A DNA stretch of 64,000 nucleotides, taken from contig CAZRIT010000003.1 in NCBI GenBank assembly GCA_964600225.1, positions 13,400 to 77,399 on the forward strand. Reading direction: 5' to 3'. The notes under the pieces were generated by a model. That model was not told the DNA's origin. It did not search any database and worked only from the letters and a program-made list of their open reading frames with translations. Position numbers and translations under genes: made by a program. This document shows, in pieces, positions 16,069 through 25,621 of this stretch. Each line of letters opens with the position of its first letter. Position 1 is the stretch's first letter. The stretch comes from an uncultured Oscillospiraceae bacterium (lineage in GTDB: Bacteria > Bacillota > Clostridia > Christensenellales > CAG-138).

Positions 16069-17261
16069 GGCGGGCATGGTGCGGGCTTGCGGCGCTGGCT
16101 GCCGTGCTGCTGCTGCCCTGTGCGCGGACGCTGGCCGAGCCTGAGGAGACGCCGCCGCCCGACTTATCCGTGTCCGACGGCGTATCGGCCTGGACGGATA
16201 CGCTGGACTGGGCGGAGCTGGAGCGGCTGATGGCGCTGCTGCCAAACGAGGTGCGCGCGCTGTGGGGCGGCATGGGCGCGGCGGACACGGCACGGGAGAT
16301 CGCGCAATCGGGCACATGGGCGCTTGGCGGCGCGGGGAGGGTGTGGAGCGCCATCGGCGCGCTGCTGGAAACGGAGCGGAAGGCGCTTTGGGGCACGGCG
16401 GCCGCGCTTGTGGGGCTGACGCTGATGGGCGGCATCGTCGGCTCGCTCGGCGGCGACGGCAAAAGCGGCGTGCAGGATGCGGCGGGGTTTGTGTGCCGCT
16501 GCTTTACGCTCAGCGCGGTGCTGGCAGCGTTTGCGGGCGCATCCAAAAACGCCGTGGAGGGACTGCGGATCATGTGCGGCTGCATGGAGGCGGCCACGCC
16601 CGTGCTGATGACGCTCTTGACCGCGCTGGGGGGCACGGCGAGCGTGGGCGTGTATCAGCCCGCCATGGCGCTGTTAAGCGGCAGCGTGGGTAAGGTGATG
16701 GAGGGCGTGGTTGCGCCGCTGACCATGTGCGCGGGGCTGCTGGGCCTGTTTGAGCAGGTGGCGGAGCGGGTGCGGCTGGGGGAGCTGAGCGGGCTGATCC
16801 GCACCTGCCTCAAGTGGGCCATCGGGCTGATGGACACGCTGTATGCGGCCGTGACCACGCTGGGCGGCATGACGGCGGCGGCGTTCGACGGCGTAACGGT
16901 GCGCACGGCCAAGTATGCCGCAGGCAGCCTGTTACCGATGGCGGGGAGCCTGGTGACGGGATCGTTCGATGTGGCGCTGGGGTGCGCGGCGCTGGTGAAA
17001 AACGCCGTGGGGCTGACCAGCGTACTCATCTGCGTGGGGCTGATGCTTTCCCCCATGGTGAAGCTCGCGGCCACCATGCTCATGCTGCGCATCGCCGCGG
17101 CCATAACGGAGCCCATTGCGGACAAGAAGCAGACGGGCATGCTGCGCGTGGGCGCGGATATGATGGGCATGCTGCTCACCGCCAACGCCGTGGCCATGGG
17201 CATGTTTTTGATCACCGTGGGGCTGGTGACGGGCGTGGGCGGCGTGGGCTGGATCGGGTGA
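16065..17261 (+). CDS. spoIIIAE: stage III sporulation protein AE
   Basis: Signal peptide plus a polytopic protein in the conserved position. GTG start overlaps the AD stop. Confidence 0.9.
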   Translation: MRRAWCGLAALAAVLLLPCARTLAEPEETPPPDLSVSDGVSAWTDTLDWAELERLMALLPNEVRALWGGMGAADTAREIAQSGTWALGGAGRVWSAIGALLETERKALWGTAAALVGLTLMGGIVGSLGGDGKSGVQDAAGFVCRCFTLSAVLAAFAGASKNAVEGLRIMCGCMEAATPVLMTLLTALGGTASVGVYQPAMALLSGSVGKVMEGVVAPLTMCAGLLGLFEQVAERVRLGELSGLIRTCLKWAIGLMDTLYAAVTTLGGMTAAAFDGVTVRTAKYAAGSLLPMAGSLVTGSFDVALGCAALVKNAVGLTSVLICVGLMLSPMVKLAATMLMLRIAAAITEPIADKKQTGMLRVGADMMGMLLTANAVAMGMFLITVGLVTGVGGVGWIG

Positions 17262-17265
17262 CGGC

Positions 17266-17445
17266 ATGCAGACGATCGAAACGTTTACGGCCAATGTGAT
17301 TGCGCTGTCGATGTGCGTGGCGCTGGCGGAGTACGCCATCCCCGCGGGCACGCTTAAAAACACCGTGTCGGTGGCGGTGGGGCTGGTGTTTTTATCCGCT
17401 CTGGCTGATCAGATATTGGTCATATTTGCGCACTGGGGGGTATAA
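17266..17445 (+). CDS. spoIIIAF: SpoIIIAF-like protein reduced to the N-terminal two-TM segment (59 aa; below the track's 60-aa cutoff)
   Basis: My own translation is 'MQTIETFTANVIALSMCVALAEYAIPAGTLKNTVSVAVGLVFLSALADQILVIFAHWGV*'. It aligns to the B. subtilis SpoIIIAF N-terminus ('...IDMLLPSSSMQKYAKMVVSLLLIVVMLTPI'). It sits exactly between AE and AG. Confidence 0.5.
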   Translation: MQTIETFTANVIALSMCVALAEYAIPAGTLKNTVSVAVGLVFLSALADQILVIFAHWGV

Positions 17446-17447
17446 AC

Positions 17448-18068
17448 ATGCAAACAGATACACATTTTGCGCGGCCCGAGCGAAAGCGCATCGGACGCTT
17501 TTGGGAACGGCTGACGGGCGCCATCCGCAACAACAAGCGGCTGGAGTACGCCGTGTACGGGGGCATTGCGCTGATTGCGGTGATACTGTACGCGGCAAGC
17601 CTCATGCCGAAAAAAGCGGACGAGGGGCCGTTGACCAAGGCGTCCGAGCCGACGCAGGCGGCGCGCGTGGAGCAGCGGCTTCGATCGGTGCTCGGCTGCA
17701 TCCGCGGCGCGGGCAGGGTGGAGGTGATGGTCACCTACGAATCGGGCACGGAGCTTGTGACGGCCATGAGCACCAACGTTTCGGGCAACGCCTCGGAAAC
17801 CAGCGACGGGCAGAAGCTCAGCGTCACATCCCAAACGACCCAGTCCAGCCAGCCCGCCACCGTCGACGGCGCAGGTGGCAACGAGCCCATCATCCTGATG
17901 GAAAAGGAGCCCGCCGTGCGCGGCGTGATCGTGGTGGCGGAGGGAGCGGCGGATATCCGCGTCAAGCTGGATTTGCAGCGCGCGGTGCAGGCGGTGCTCG
18001 ACGTGCCGCTGTCCAAGATAGAGGTGTTTGAACTATCGTCGGCAACGGCTGCCGATGCAAGGGAATGA
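17448..18068 (+). CDS. spoIIIAG: stage III sporulation protein AG
   Basis: N-terminal TM, 'RLRSVLGCIRGAGRVEVMVTYESG', 'EPAVRGVIVVAEGAADIRVKLDLQRAVQAVLDVPLSKIEVFEL'. Confidence 0.85.
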   Translation: MQTDTHFARPERKRIGRFWERLTGAIRNNKRLEYAVYGGIALIAVILYAASLMPKKADEGPLTKASEPTQAARVEQRLRSVLGCIRGAGRVEVMVTYESGTELVTAMSTNVSGNASETSDGQKLSVTSQTTQSSQPATVDGAGGNEPIILMEKEPAVRGVIVVAEGAADIRVKLDLQRAVQAVLDVPLSKIEVFELSSATAADARE

Positions 18069-18081
18069 AGGAGGGATAACC

Positions 18082-18606
18082 ATGAAAAGGAGCAGCGGCA
18101 TGAATACGAAGGTGAACGGAAGGCTTTGGACGCTGTGCGGCGTTGCGCTGATACTGGTGGGCGCGGTGGCGGTCAACCTGATTGTCAACAGGGACAAGGC
18201 GGCGGATGCCGACAGCGTGCAGGCCTCGGCACAGACGGGACAGCCCGCGGCCGCGGCGCAGAAGGGCTTTTTTGAATCGTTCCGCATGGAGCGGGATGAA
18301 ACGCGCGAGCAGGAGATCGCCTACATCGACACCATCATCGTGCAGGGCGCGGACGCGGAGACCATGGCCGACGCCCAGCAGCAGAAGCTGGCCATCGTGG
18401 ACGCCATGGAAAAGGAGATGACCATCGAAAGCCTGCTGCGCGCCAAGGGCTTTGCCGATGCGGCGGTGACGCTGCACGCGGGCGCCGTCAACGTGGTCTT
18501 GCAGGCGGAGACGCTTTCGCCCGAGCAGGTGGCGCAGGTGCTGGATATCATCGTGCGTGAAACGGGAGAAAAGACGGACAATATCAAGATTACAACCGCG
18601 CAGTAG
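18082..18606 (+). CDS. spoIIIAH: stage III sporulation protein AH
   Basis: TM anchor, 'FFESFRMERDETREQEI', 'VTLHAGAVNVVLQAETLSPEQVAQVLDIIVRETG'. SD GAAGGAGGG before ATG 18082. Confidence 0.8.
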   Translation: MKRSSGMNTKVNGRLWTLCGVALILVGAVAVNLIVNRDKAADADSVQASAQTGQPAAAAQKGFFESFRMERDETREQEIAYIDTIIVQGADAETMADAQQQKLAIVDAMEKEMTIESLLRAKGFADAAVTLHAGAVNVVLQAETLSPEQVAQVLDIIVRETGEKTDNIKITTAQ

Positions 18607-18654
18607 CCGCCGTCGCGTCACACAAAGGACCCAAAGGTTCACAAGGAATGTGTA

Positions 18655-18683
18655 TTTACATCGAATTGGAACGCTGATATAAT
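18655..18683 (+). promoter_or_regulatory. sigma-A-type promoter TTTACA-17-TATAAT for the asp23 cluster
   Basis: Hexamers read directly, with a 17-nt spacer. Confidence 0.5.
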
Positions 18684-18710
18684 GAAGCCAAACAATGCAG
18701 GAGGTGTACC

Positions 18711-19181
18711 ATGGAAGAGAAGCAATTGGACGCTGTGGTCGGCGAAAACAATACCGACGGCGGAAAGATCATATTTGCAGACGACGTGGTGGCGACCATC
18801 GCGGCGCTGGCAACCAACGAAGTGGAAGGCGTATCGGGCATGAGCGGCGGCGTGATGGTGGATCTGTCCGAGCGGCTTGGCCGCAAGAACATCACCAAGG
18901 GCGTCAAGGTGGAGGTCGGCACGGAGGAAGTGGCCATCGACATCTCCGTCAACATTTGCTACGGTTATCGCATCCGCGAGGTGTGCTGCAACATCCAGCA
19001 GTCCGTCAGGGACGCGCTGGAGACGATGACGGGCCTCAGGGTCGTCGAGGTGAACGTGTTTGTGCAGTCGGTCACGTTTGAGCCCACCGAGTCGCCGCGC
19101 GCGGCCAAAAAACGCGAGAAGGAAGCGCAAAAGGAAGCCGAGCTTGCCGAACAGGCAGCCGCCGAAGCGACAGAGGAATAA
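18711..19181 (+). CDS. Asp23/Gls24 family envelope-stress protein
   Basis: 'KIIFADDVVATIAALATNEVEGVSGMSGG...GVKVEVGTEEVAIDISVNICYGYRI'. Confidence 0.85.
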   Translation: MEEKQLDAVVGENNTDGGKIIFADDVVATIAALATNEVEGVSGMSGGVMVDLSERLGRKNITKGVKVEVGTEEVAIDISVNICYGYRIREVCCNIQQSVRDALETMTGLRVVEVNVFVQSVTFEPTESPRAAKKREKEAQKEAELAEQAAAEATEE

Positions 19182-19275
19182 CGCACCGATTCAAAAAAGA
19201 TGATGTAACGTCATATCTGTTGACGCGGGCGGAGCATGCCTCCGCCCGATATGCAAAAGAAAGGGAATTTTCCTT

Positions 19276-19842
19276 ATGAAACTCAGTATTTTTGACCGTA
19301 TCCTGCTTGCGCTGCTGCTGATTGTGGCCATCGTATCGTCGTTTGTGCTGTTCGGGATGGCGGCCAACATCATACAGCAGACCGTGGTGGAGGATTTCAT
19401 CGGCCTGTTCTATCTGTATCGGCAGAACGCCCTCATTCTGGCGGGCGCGGGCCTTGTGCTGCTGCTGATTTCGCTCAAGCTCCTGTTTGCGGGCCGCGGC
19501 AAGGGCAAAAAGGAAGCGGGACCCGCCAGCACCGTGATGACGCAGAACGAAAACGGCGGCACCTACATTGCGCTGGACGTGCTGGATACCATGGTCAAGC
19601 AGCGTTGCAGTGCGGAGACGCGCATCAGCGATTGCCAAACCACCATCCGCCCCGTCGATAACGGCATCAACATCGGCGTGCGGCTGTCGGTGGTGCCCGA
19701 TACGGATCTGACGGCGCTGACGACGCAATTGCAGCAGTCGCTCAAGGATTACATCCAAAATTCCACCGGCATTCATGTCAACGAGGTAGGCATTCTCATC
19801 GAGCGCGCGGAATCGCCCGCGCTGCCCGCCCGCGCCGAGTAA
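19276..19842 (+). CDS. AmaP-like alkaline-shock membrane anchor protein
   Basis: Two N-terminal TM segments plus an Asp23-like C-part, directly after asp23. Confidence 0.6.
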   Translation: MKLSIFDRILLALLLIVAIVSSFVLFGMAANIIQQTVVEDFIGLFYLYRQNALILAGAGLVLLLISLKLLFAGRGKGKKEAGPASTVMTQNENGGTYIALDVLDTMVKQRCSAETRISDCQTTIRPVDNGINIGVRLSVVPDTDLTALTTQLQQSLKDYIQNSTGIHVNEVGILIERAESPALPARAE

Positions 19843-19852
19843 GGAGCACGCT

Positions 19853-20080
19853 ATGCTGGAAAAACTGATTGGCTTTATTAAGGATCACAAGTGGACAATC
19901 CTGTTCGTCCTGTTCGGGCTGTTGTTTGCCATCCTGCTGATGACCATCGGCTTTTGGCGCACCATCCTGGTGCTGGCCATTGCGGCGGTGTGCTTCTACC
20001 TTGGGGTGATCATGGACAGCGACGGCGTGGATGGCATTCGGGCGTTTTTCAAGCGCCTGTTTGGCGGGAAAAATCAATGA
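19853..20080 (+). CDS. DUF2273 small integral membrane protein
   Basis: 'HKWTILFVLFGLLFAILLMTIGFWRTILVLAIAAVCFYLG'. Conserved third member of asp23 clusters. Confidence 0.7.
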   Translation: MLEKLIGFIKDHKWTILFVLFGLLFAILLMTIGFWRTILVLAIAAVCFYLGVIMDSDGVDGIRAFFKRLFGGKNQ

Positions 20081-20487
20081 GCCGACCCAAAGCCCGCGAG
20101 GTGGCGGTGATGATGGTCTATGCCTCGCTGCTCGGCGGTGCGGAAACGCCCGACGACGTGTGCGGCATGATGGAGCTTTCCGAAACGCTGGACGAGGCGG
20201 ATCGCGCGTATGTGCAGGATGTCGTCGGCGGCGTGCAGGCGCAGGCAAAGGAGCTGGACGAGCTGATTGCAAGCCACGCGGTCGGCTGGAAGCTGGATCG
20301 GATCGCGCGCGTGGACCTGTCCATCCTGCGCGTGGCGCTGTACGAGATGCTGCATCGGGACGACGTGCCCACGGGCGCGGCCATCAACGAGGCGGTGGAG
20401 CTGGCCAAGCGCTACGGCGAGGAAAAGTCCTTTGCGTTCATCAACGGCATCCTTGGCACGGTATCGCGCGAGGGCTCGCCCGCATGA
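20077..20487 (+). CDS. nusB: transcription antitermination factor NusB
   Basis: 'SRPKAREVAVMMVYA...', 'RIARVDLSILRVALYEML...DVPTGAAINEAVELAKRYG...FINGILG'. ATG 20077 overlaps the upstream stop (ATGA). Confidence 0.9.
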   Translation: MSRPKAREVAVMMVYASLLGGAETPDDVCGMMELSETLDEADRAYVQDVVGGVQAQAKELDELIASHAVGWKLDRIARVDLSILRVALYEMLHRDDVPTGAAINEAVELAKRYGEEKSFAFINGILGTVSREGSPA

Positions 20488-20630
20488 CGCATACGTCGCA
20501 TAACGCATTTTGAACCAATCGGGACGGATGCAGCCGCGGAGACGGGCGCTGCAATCCGTCCCTGTTACGGATAGGACAGGCCTGCAACCCCCGTTGCATG
20601 CTTATGCCCGAAACGATCAAGGGAGGCGGC

Positions 20631-21839
20631 ATGTCGGAAGCGGTTTTAACCGTCAGCGCGCTCAACGAATATGTATCCTGCCTCATCGGCGGCGACCCGA
20701 TGCTCAAAAGCCTGCGCGTGCGCGGCGAGATCAGCGGGTTTAAGCGCCATACGTCGGGGCACCTGTACTTTTCCCTCAAGGATGAGGGCGCTTTGGTGCG
20801 GTGCGTAATGTTTCGGCAGCAGGCCATAGGGCTGACGTTTCAGCCCAAGGACGGCATGCTTGTGGAGCTGATCGGCAACGCCTCGCTGTACACGCGCGAC
20901 GGCTCGTTCCAGCTCTACGCCAAAAGGCTTACGCAGCAGGGCGAGGGCGCGCTGTACCAAAAGTTTTGCCAACTGCGGGATCGCCTGGAGCGCGAGGGCC
21001 TGTTCGACCCGGCGCACAAAAAGCCCCTGCCGTTTTTGCCCCGCTGCGTGGGCGTGGTCACCAGCCAAACGGGCGCGGCGGTGCAGGATATCATCCAAAT
21101 CATCGGCAGGCGCTTCCCCGATATGCCCATCGTGCTCGCGCCCGTCAAGGTGCAGGGCGAGGGCGCGGCGGAGGAGATTGCCAAGGCCATACGCCGCTTG
21201 AACCAACTGCGCGCGTGCGATGTGATGATCGTGGGCCGCGGCGGCGGCAGCATGGAGGATCTGTGGGCGTTCAACGAGCCTGCGGTAGCCTATGCCATCC
21301 ATGAAAGCGAGATTCCCGTCGTCAGCGCCGTGGGGCATGAGACGGATTTTTCCATTGCGGATTTTGCGGCGGATCTGCGCGCGCCCACCCCGTCGGCCGC
21401 GGCGGAGCTGGCGGTGCCGATCGATGCGGAATGCCGCGCGGCCGTCCATGACGGCGCCGAGCGGCTGGGCCGCGCATTGACCGCCTCGCTGGAACGTTCG
21501 CGCGCAAGGGTGCGGCTCTCCGCGGCGTCGCGGGCGTTCTATCTGCTGCATAACCGCCTGGTCAACGAGCGGCAGGCGGCCGATCAGGCGGCGGAACGGC
21601 TGACGCGCGCCGTGTCGGATATGCTTTTTACGCGCCGCACGACGCTAACGACGCTGACGGAGCGCATCGGCACGTTGAACCCCCTGTCCACCCTGTCGCG
21701 TGGCTACGCGTTTGTGGCCGATGCGCAAGGCAGGGCGGTGGGCTCGGCAAACGCGCTGCACAGGGGCGACGCCGTCACCCTGACGTTTCAGGACGGCGCG
21801 GCCGACGCCACCATACAATCGATTTCGGGTAAGGAGTAA
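20631..21839 (+). CDS. xseA: exodeoxyribonuclease VII large subunit
   Basis: 'LTVSALNEYV...LRVRGEISGFKRHTSGHLYFSLKDE', 'VGVVTSQTGAAVQDI'. SD GGGAGG. Confidence 0.9.
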   Translation: MSEAVLTVSALNEYVSCLIGGDPMLKSLRVRGEISGFKRHTSGHLYFSLKDEGALVRCVMFRQQAIGLTFQPKDGMLVELIGNASLYTRDGSFQLYAKRLTQQGEGALYQKFCQLRDRLEREGLFDPAHKKPLPFLPRCVGVVTSQTGAAVQDIIQIIGRRFPDMPIVLAPVKVQGEGAAEEIAKAIRRLNQLRACDVMIVGRGGGSMEDLWAFNEPAVAYAIHESEIPVVSAVGHETDFSIADFAADLRAPTPSAAAELAVPIDAECRAAVHDGAERLGRALTASLERSRARVRLSAASRAFYLLHNRLVNERQAADQAAERLTRAVSDMLFTRRTTLTTLTERIGTLNPLSTLSRGYAFVADAQGRAVGSANALHRGDAVTLTFQDGAADATIQSISGKE

Positions 21840-21842
21840 ACG

Positions 21843-22055
21843 ATGGACGAGACGGTACGGTTTGAAGACAAAATGGGCGCGCTCGATGCCGTAGTCAAGC
21901 AGCTCGAAAACGGCGAGGGGTCGCTCGACGACATGATCGGCCTGTACGAAAAGGGCATGGCGCTGGTCAAGGACTGCAACGCCCTGCTGGACGCCTACGA
22001 GGCGCGCATCACCAAGCTTTCGGGCGGCGGGGAGGACACGGTTGCAGACGCGTGA
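21843..22055 (+). CDS. xseB: exodeoxyribonuclease VII small subunit
   Basis: 'FEDKMGALDAVVKQLENGEGSLDDMIGLYEKGMALVKDC'. Confidence 0.9.
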   Translation: MDETVRFEDKMGALDAVVKQLENGEGSLDDMIGLYEKGMALVKDCNALLDAYEARITKLSGGGEDTVADA

Positions 22056-22887
22056 ACGGATGCGCCGCTATGCGCAGTTGACCGATCAAAGGCTGGAACA
22101 GATTCTGTCCGACGCGGGCGTCTCCGAGACGCTGACCGCAAGCATGCGCTACAGCGTGTTCGCGGGCGGCAAGCGGTTGCGCCCTGCGCTGTGCCTTGGC
22201 GCGTGCGCCATGCTCGGCGGGGACGAAACGGACGCCCTGCCTGCCGCGTGCGCAGTGGAGTTGATCCACACCTATTCGCTCATCCATGACGATCTGCCGA
22301 GTTTGGACAACGACGATATGCGCCGCGGCAAGCCCAGCAATCATATGGCGTTCGGCGAGGCCAACGCCATCATCGCGGGCGACGGGCTGCAGGCGTTGGC
22401 CTTCCGCACGCTGTCCGTCATCGAAAAGCCGCGCGTGTTCGCGGCCGTGGCGGCGGGCGCATACGATATGGTCGTGGGCCAGAGCCTGGATTTGGCGGCC
22501 GACGGCGACATGGCGCGGTTTGACGCCATTCATCGATTGAAAACGGGCGCGCTGATCAAGGCAGGCGTGCTTGCGGGCGCGCTGTGCGCCGACACCGACG
22601 AGCAGGCGCTTTCCGCATTGACGGCGTTTTCGGAGCAGTACGGGCTGCTGTTTCAGGTGACGGACGATATCCTCGACGTCGAGGGCGACGCGAAAGCACT
22701 CGGCAAATCCGTCGGCAAGGACGAAACGGAGCGGAAGCTCACAAGCGTGCGCAGGCTGGGGCTCGACGGCGCCAAGCGCTGCGCCAGGGAGGCGGCCGAA
22801 CGCGCGTGCGCCGCGCTGGAACCGTTCGGGGCCGACGCGGGCTTTTTCCGCGACCTAATTGACATCACCCTGCATCGGCACGCATAG
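22042..22887 (+). CDS. ispA: (2E,6E)-farnesyl diphosphate synthase / polyprenyl synthetase
   Basis: 'GGKRLRP', FARM 'LIHDDLPSLDNDDMRRGKP', SARM 'FQVTDDILD'. The exact start is uncertain: TTG 22042 or ATG 22060. Confidence 0.85.
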   Translation: MQTRERMRRYAQLTDQRLEQILSDAGVSETLTASMRYSVFAGGKRLRPALCLGACAMLGGDETDALPAACAVELIHTYSLIHDDLPSLDNDDMRRGKPSNHMAFGEANAIIAGDGLQALAFRTLSVIEKPRVFAAVAAGAYDMVVGQSLDLAADGDMARFDAIHRLKTGALIKAGVLAGALCADTDEQALSALTAFSEQYGLLFQVTDDILDVEGDAKALGKSVGKDETERKLTSVRRLGLDGAKRCAREAAERACAALEPFGADAGFFRDLIDITLHRHA

Positions 22888-22924
22888 ACCATATCATGAC
22901 TTTTGGGGGACGCATCACACATAT

Positions 22925-24757
22925 ATGAGCCGTTATCCGTTGCTTGATACCATCCATACCGTAGAGGATTACCGCCGCATTCCGCAGGATATGCTGCCCA
23001 CGCTTGCCGCGCAGCTGCGCAGCTGCATGGTGGAAACCGTTGCAGGTACGGGCGGGCATTTGGCCTCCGGCCTGGGCGCGGTGGAGATCATTCTGGCCAT
23101 GCACCGCGTGTTCACCAGCCCGCACGACAAGATGGTGTTTGATGTGGGGCACCAGGCGTACGCGCACAAGCTCATCACGGGCCGGCGCGAGGCGTTTGAT
23201 ACGCTGCGGCAGGATGGCGGCATCAGCGGCTTCCCCAAGCGCGAGGAGAGCGTGCACGACCATTTCAACACGGGCCACGCCACCACGTCCGTTTCGGCGG
23301 CGCTGGGCATGGCGCGCGCCATGGCGCTTAACGGCGAGGACGGCACGGCCGTGGCGCTCATCGGCGACGGGGCCATGACGGGCGGCATGGCGTTTGAAGC
23401 GCTCAACGACGCGGGCCAGGCGGACGTACCGCTGGTGGTCATCCTCAACGACAACGAGATGTCCATATCCGAAAACAACGGCGCGCTGCACAGGCAACTG
23501 ACCAACATGCGCACCAGCCGCAGCTATGTGCGCTTTAAGCGCAGGCTTGTGCGCGTGCTGGATACGGGGCGCTTCGGGCGGCTGCTGTCGAAGCGCATGA
23601 AGAATTTCAAAAACCGCATCAAAAACTTCCTGCTGCCCAACCAGCTCTTCGAGGAGATGGGCTTTACCTACTTTGGCCCCGTGGACGGGCACGATATCGA
23701 TCGGCTCGTGCGCATCTTCGGGCGCGCAAGGGATATGCGCATCCCCGTCATCGTTCACTGCGTGACGCAGAAGGGCAAGGGCTACCGCTTCTCCGAGGAC
23801 GATCCGGAAAAGTTCCACGGCATTGCGCCATTCTCGGTGGAGACGGGCGCGGTGGACGCTGTGGAAGGGATCGTGCGCAAGAGCAACTCGGCTGTGTTTG
23901 GCGACGCTTTGATGCGGCTGGCCGAGCAGGACGAGCGCATCGTGGCCGTCACCGCCGCCATGAAGTGCGGCACGGGGCTGAAGGATTTTGCCGCGCGCTT
24001 CCCCGAGCGGTTTTTTGACGTATGCATTGCCGAGCAGCACGCCGTAACCATGGCCGCGGGCATGGCCGCCGAGGGGCTCAGGCCCGTTGTGGCCATCTAT
24101 TCCACGTTTTTGCAGCGCGCCTACGACCAGGTGCTGCACGATATCTGCCTGATGAACCTGCCCGTGGTGCTGGCCGTCGACCGTGCGGGGCTGGTGGGCG
24201 ACGACGGGGAGACGCATCAGGGTCAGTACGACGCGGCGTTCCTTGCCGATATGCCCAACATGACCGTCTACTCGCCCGCCACGCAGCAGGAGCTGGTGCA
24301 TATGCTGTCGCTGGCGGTGCAAAACGGCACGCCCGCCGCCATCCGCTACAACCGCGGCTACCTGATGCAGGCGGTATCGGGCATGCCCGTGGCGTGCGGC
24401 AGGTGGGAGACGCTTTCTCCCATCGCCGAAACGACGGTCATCGCAACGGGCCCCATGGTGGAACTTGCCCTGCGCGCCATACAAACATGCCCTGCGGGGC
24501 TGATCAACGCGCGCACCATGCATCCGTTGGACGAAGAACTGCTGGACGCGGTGGGCCAAACCGCCAAGCGCGTCATCGTCATCGAGGACAGCGTGGATTG
24601 CCTTGGCCGCGCGGTGGCCGTGCGGCTGCCAAAGCGCGAGGTCATCCGCCTGCACCTGCCCAACGCCCCCATCCCGCAGGCGAGCGTTGCCAAACAGCGC
24701 GCGCGCTACGGGCTGACCGAGGCGCATCTGGAAGCTTTGATACGGGGTGACGCATGA
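22925..24757 (+). CDS. dxs: 1-deoxy-D-xylulose-5-phosphate synthase
   Basis: 'GGHLASGLGAVEIILAMHRVF...DVGHQAYAHKLITGR', 'IGDGAMTGGMAFEALN'. Start MSRYPLL at 22925. Confidence 0.95.
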   Translation: MSRYPLLDTIHTVEDYRRIPQDMLPTLAAQLRSCMVETVAGTGGHLASGLGAVEIILAMHRVFTSPHDKMVFDVGHQAYAHKLITGRREAFDTLRQDGGISGFPKREESVHDHFNTGHATTSVSAALGMARAMALNGEDGTAVALIGDGAMTGGMAFEALNDAGQADVPLVVILNDNEMSISENNGALHRQLTNMRTSRSYVRFKRRLVRVLDTGRFGRLLSKRMKNFKNRIKNFLLPNQLFEEMGFTYFGPVDGHDIDRLVRIFGRARDMRIPVIVHCVTQKGKGYRFSEDDPEKFHGIAPFSVETGAVDAVEGIVRKSNSAVFGDALMRLAEQDERIVAVTAAMKCGTGLKDFAARFPERFFDVCIAEQHAVTMAAGMAAEGLRPVVAIYSTFLQRAYDQVLHDICLMNLPVVLAVDRAGLVGDDGETHQGQYDAAFLADMPNMTVYSPATQQELVHMLSLAVQNGTPAAIRYNRGYLMQAVSGMPVACGRWETLSPIAETTVIATGPMVELALRAIQTCPAGLINARTMHPLDEELLDAVGQTAKRVIVIEDSVDCLGRAVAVRLPKREVIRLHLPNAPIPQASVAKQRARYGLTEAHLEALIRGDA

Positions 24758-25560
24758 AACGGCGGCTGGATGTATTCATGGCCGAGACGGGCTTGACCAA
24801 AAGCCGCGAGCAGGCGCGCGCCTTGATTATGGCGGGACTGGTGACGGTCAACGGCGTCAAGGCCGACAAGGCGGGAGAGGCCGTTTCCGACGACGCTGCG
24901 GTTTCGGTCAAGGAGGACGCGGTGCCGTTTGTCAGCCGCGGCGGGCTGAAGCTGCAAAAGGCGCTGGATACCTTTCCCATCGATCTCAACGGCGCGGTGG
25001 CGGCCGATATCGGCGCGTCCACGGGCGGGTTTACCGATTGCATGCTGCAGCATGGCGCAAGCGAGGTCTACGCCGTGGACGTGGGCTACGGCCAGCTCGA
25101 CTGGGGCTTGCGAAACGACGCGCGCGTGCATGTGATGGAGCGCACCAACGCGCGCTACATGGAGCCGAATTGGTTCGGGTCTCTGCTGGACTTTGCCAGT
25201 ATCGACGTATCGTTCATTTCGCTTTCGCGCATGCTGCCGCCGCTGCACCCATGCATGCATGCGGATGCACAGGTCGTGGCGCTCATCAAGCCGCAGTTTG
25301 AGGCGGGGCGCGGCAAGGTCGGCAAGCATGGCGTGGTGAGCGATCAAAACACGCACATCGAGGTTTGCCAAGGCGTGCTGGCGATGGCGGAGACGGCGGG
25401 CTTTACGCCCTGCGGGCTGACATTTTCGCCCATCAAGGGGCCCAAGGGAAACATTGAGTTTCTGCTGTGGCTGAAAAAGGGGACGGCACGCGCGGACGCC
25501 GCGGCGGCAATCGATATTGCCGCGGTGGCGGAGCAGGCGCATAGGGAATGCATATCATAA
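24754..25560 (+). CDS. tlyA: TlyA-family rRNA 2'-O-methyltransferase (S4 + FtsJ domains)
   Basis: 'RLDVFMAETGLTKSREQARALIMAGLVTVNG', 'DIGASTGGFTDCMLQHGA'. Confidence 0.85.
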   Translation: MKRRLDVFMAETGLTKSREQARALIMAGLVTVNGVKADKAGEAVSDDAAVSVKEDAVPFVSRGGLKLQKALDTFPIDLNGAVAADIGASTGGFTDCMLQHGASEVYAVDVGYGQLDWGLRNDARVHVMERTNARYMEPNWFGSLLDFASIDVSFISLSRMLPPLHPCMHADAQVVALIKPQFEAGRGKVGKHGVVSDQNTHIEVCQGVLAMAETAGFTPCGLTFSPIKGPKGNIEFLLWLKKGTARADAAAAIDIAAVAEQAHRECIS

Positions 25561-25581
25561 TCGAAATATTCATTTTTCCGC

Positions 25582-25610
25582 TTGCATAATCCGAGAACGG
25601 GCTGTATAAT
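25582..25610 (+). promoter_or_regulatory. sigma-A-type promoter TTGCAT-17-(TG)TATAAT upstream of nadK
   Basis: Near-consensus hexamers read directly. The -10 ends 11 nt before ATG 25622 and no SD is present. Confidence 0.55.
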
Positions 25611-25621
25611 ATGAACACATT

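Noticed and set aside
17300-18031. 243-aa ORF overlapping the spoIIIAF/AG region, considered as a possible full-length SpoIIIAF.
   Set aside because: It is an Arg/Gly-rich translation with no TM segments or AF/AG similarity. The other frame encodes a complete, well-conserved SpoIIIAG.
22888-22924. Expected position of OLE RNA. In several extremophilic or anaerobic Firmicutes, OLE and oapA sit between ispA and dxs in this same conserved cluster.
   Set aside because: Only 37 nt separate ispA and dxs here, so there is no room for a roughly 600-nt RNA or an oapA gene.
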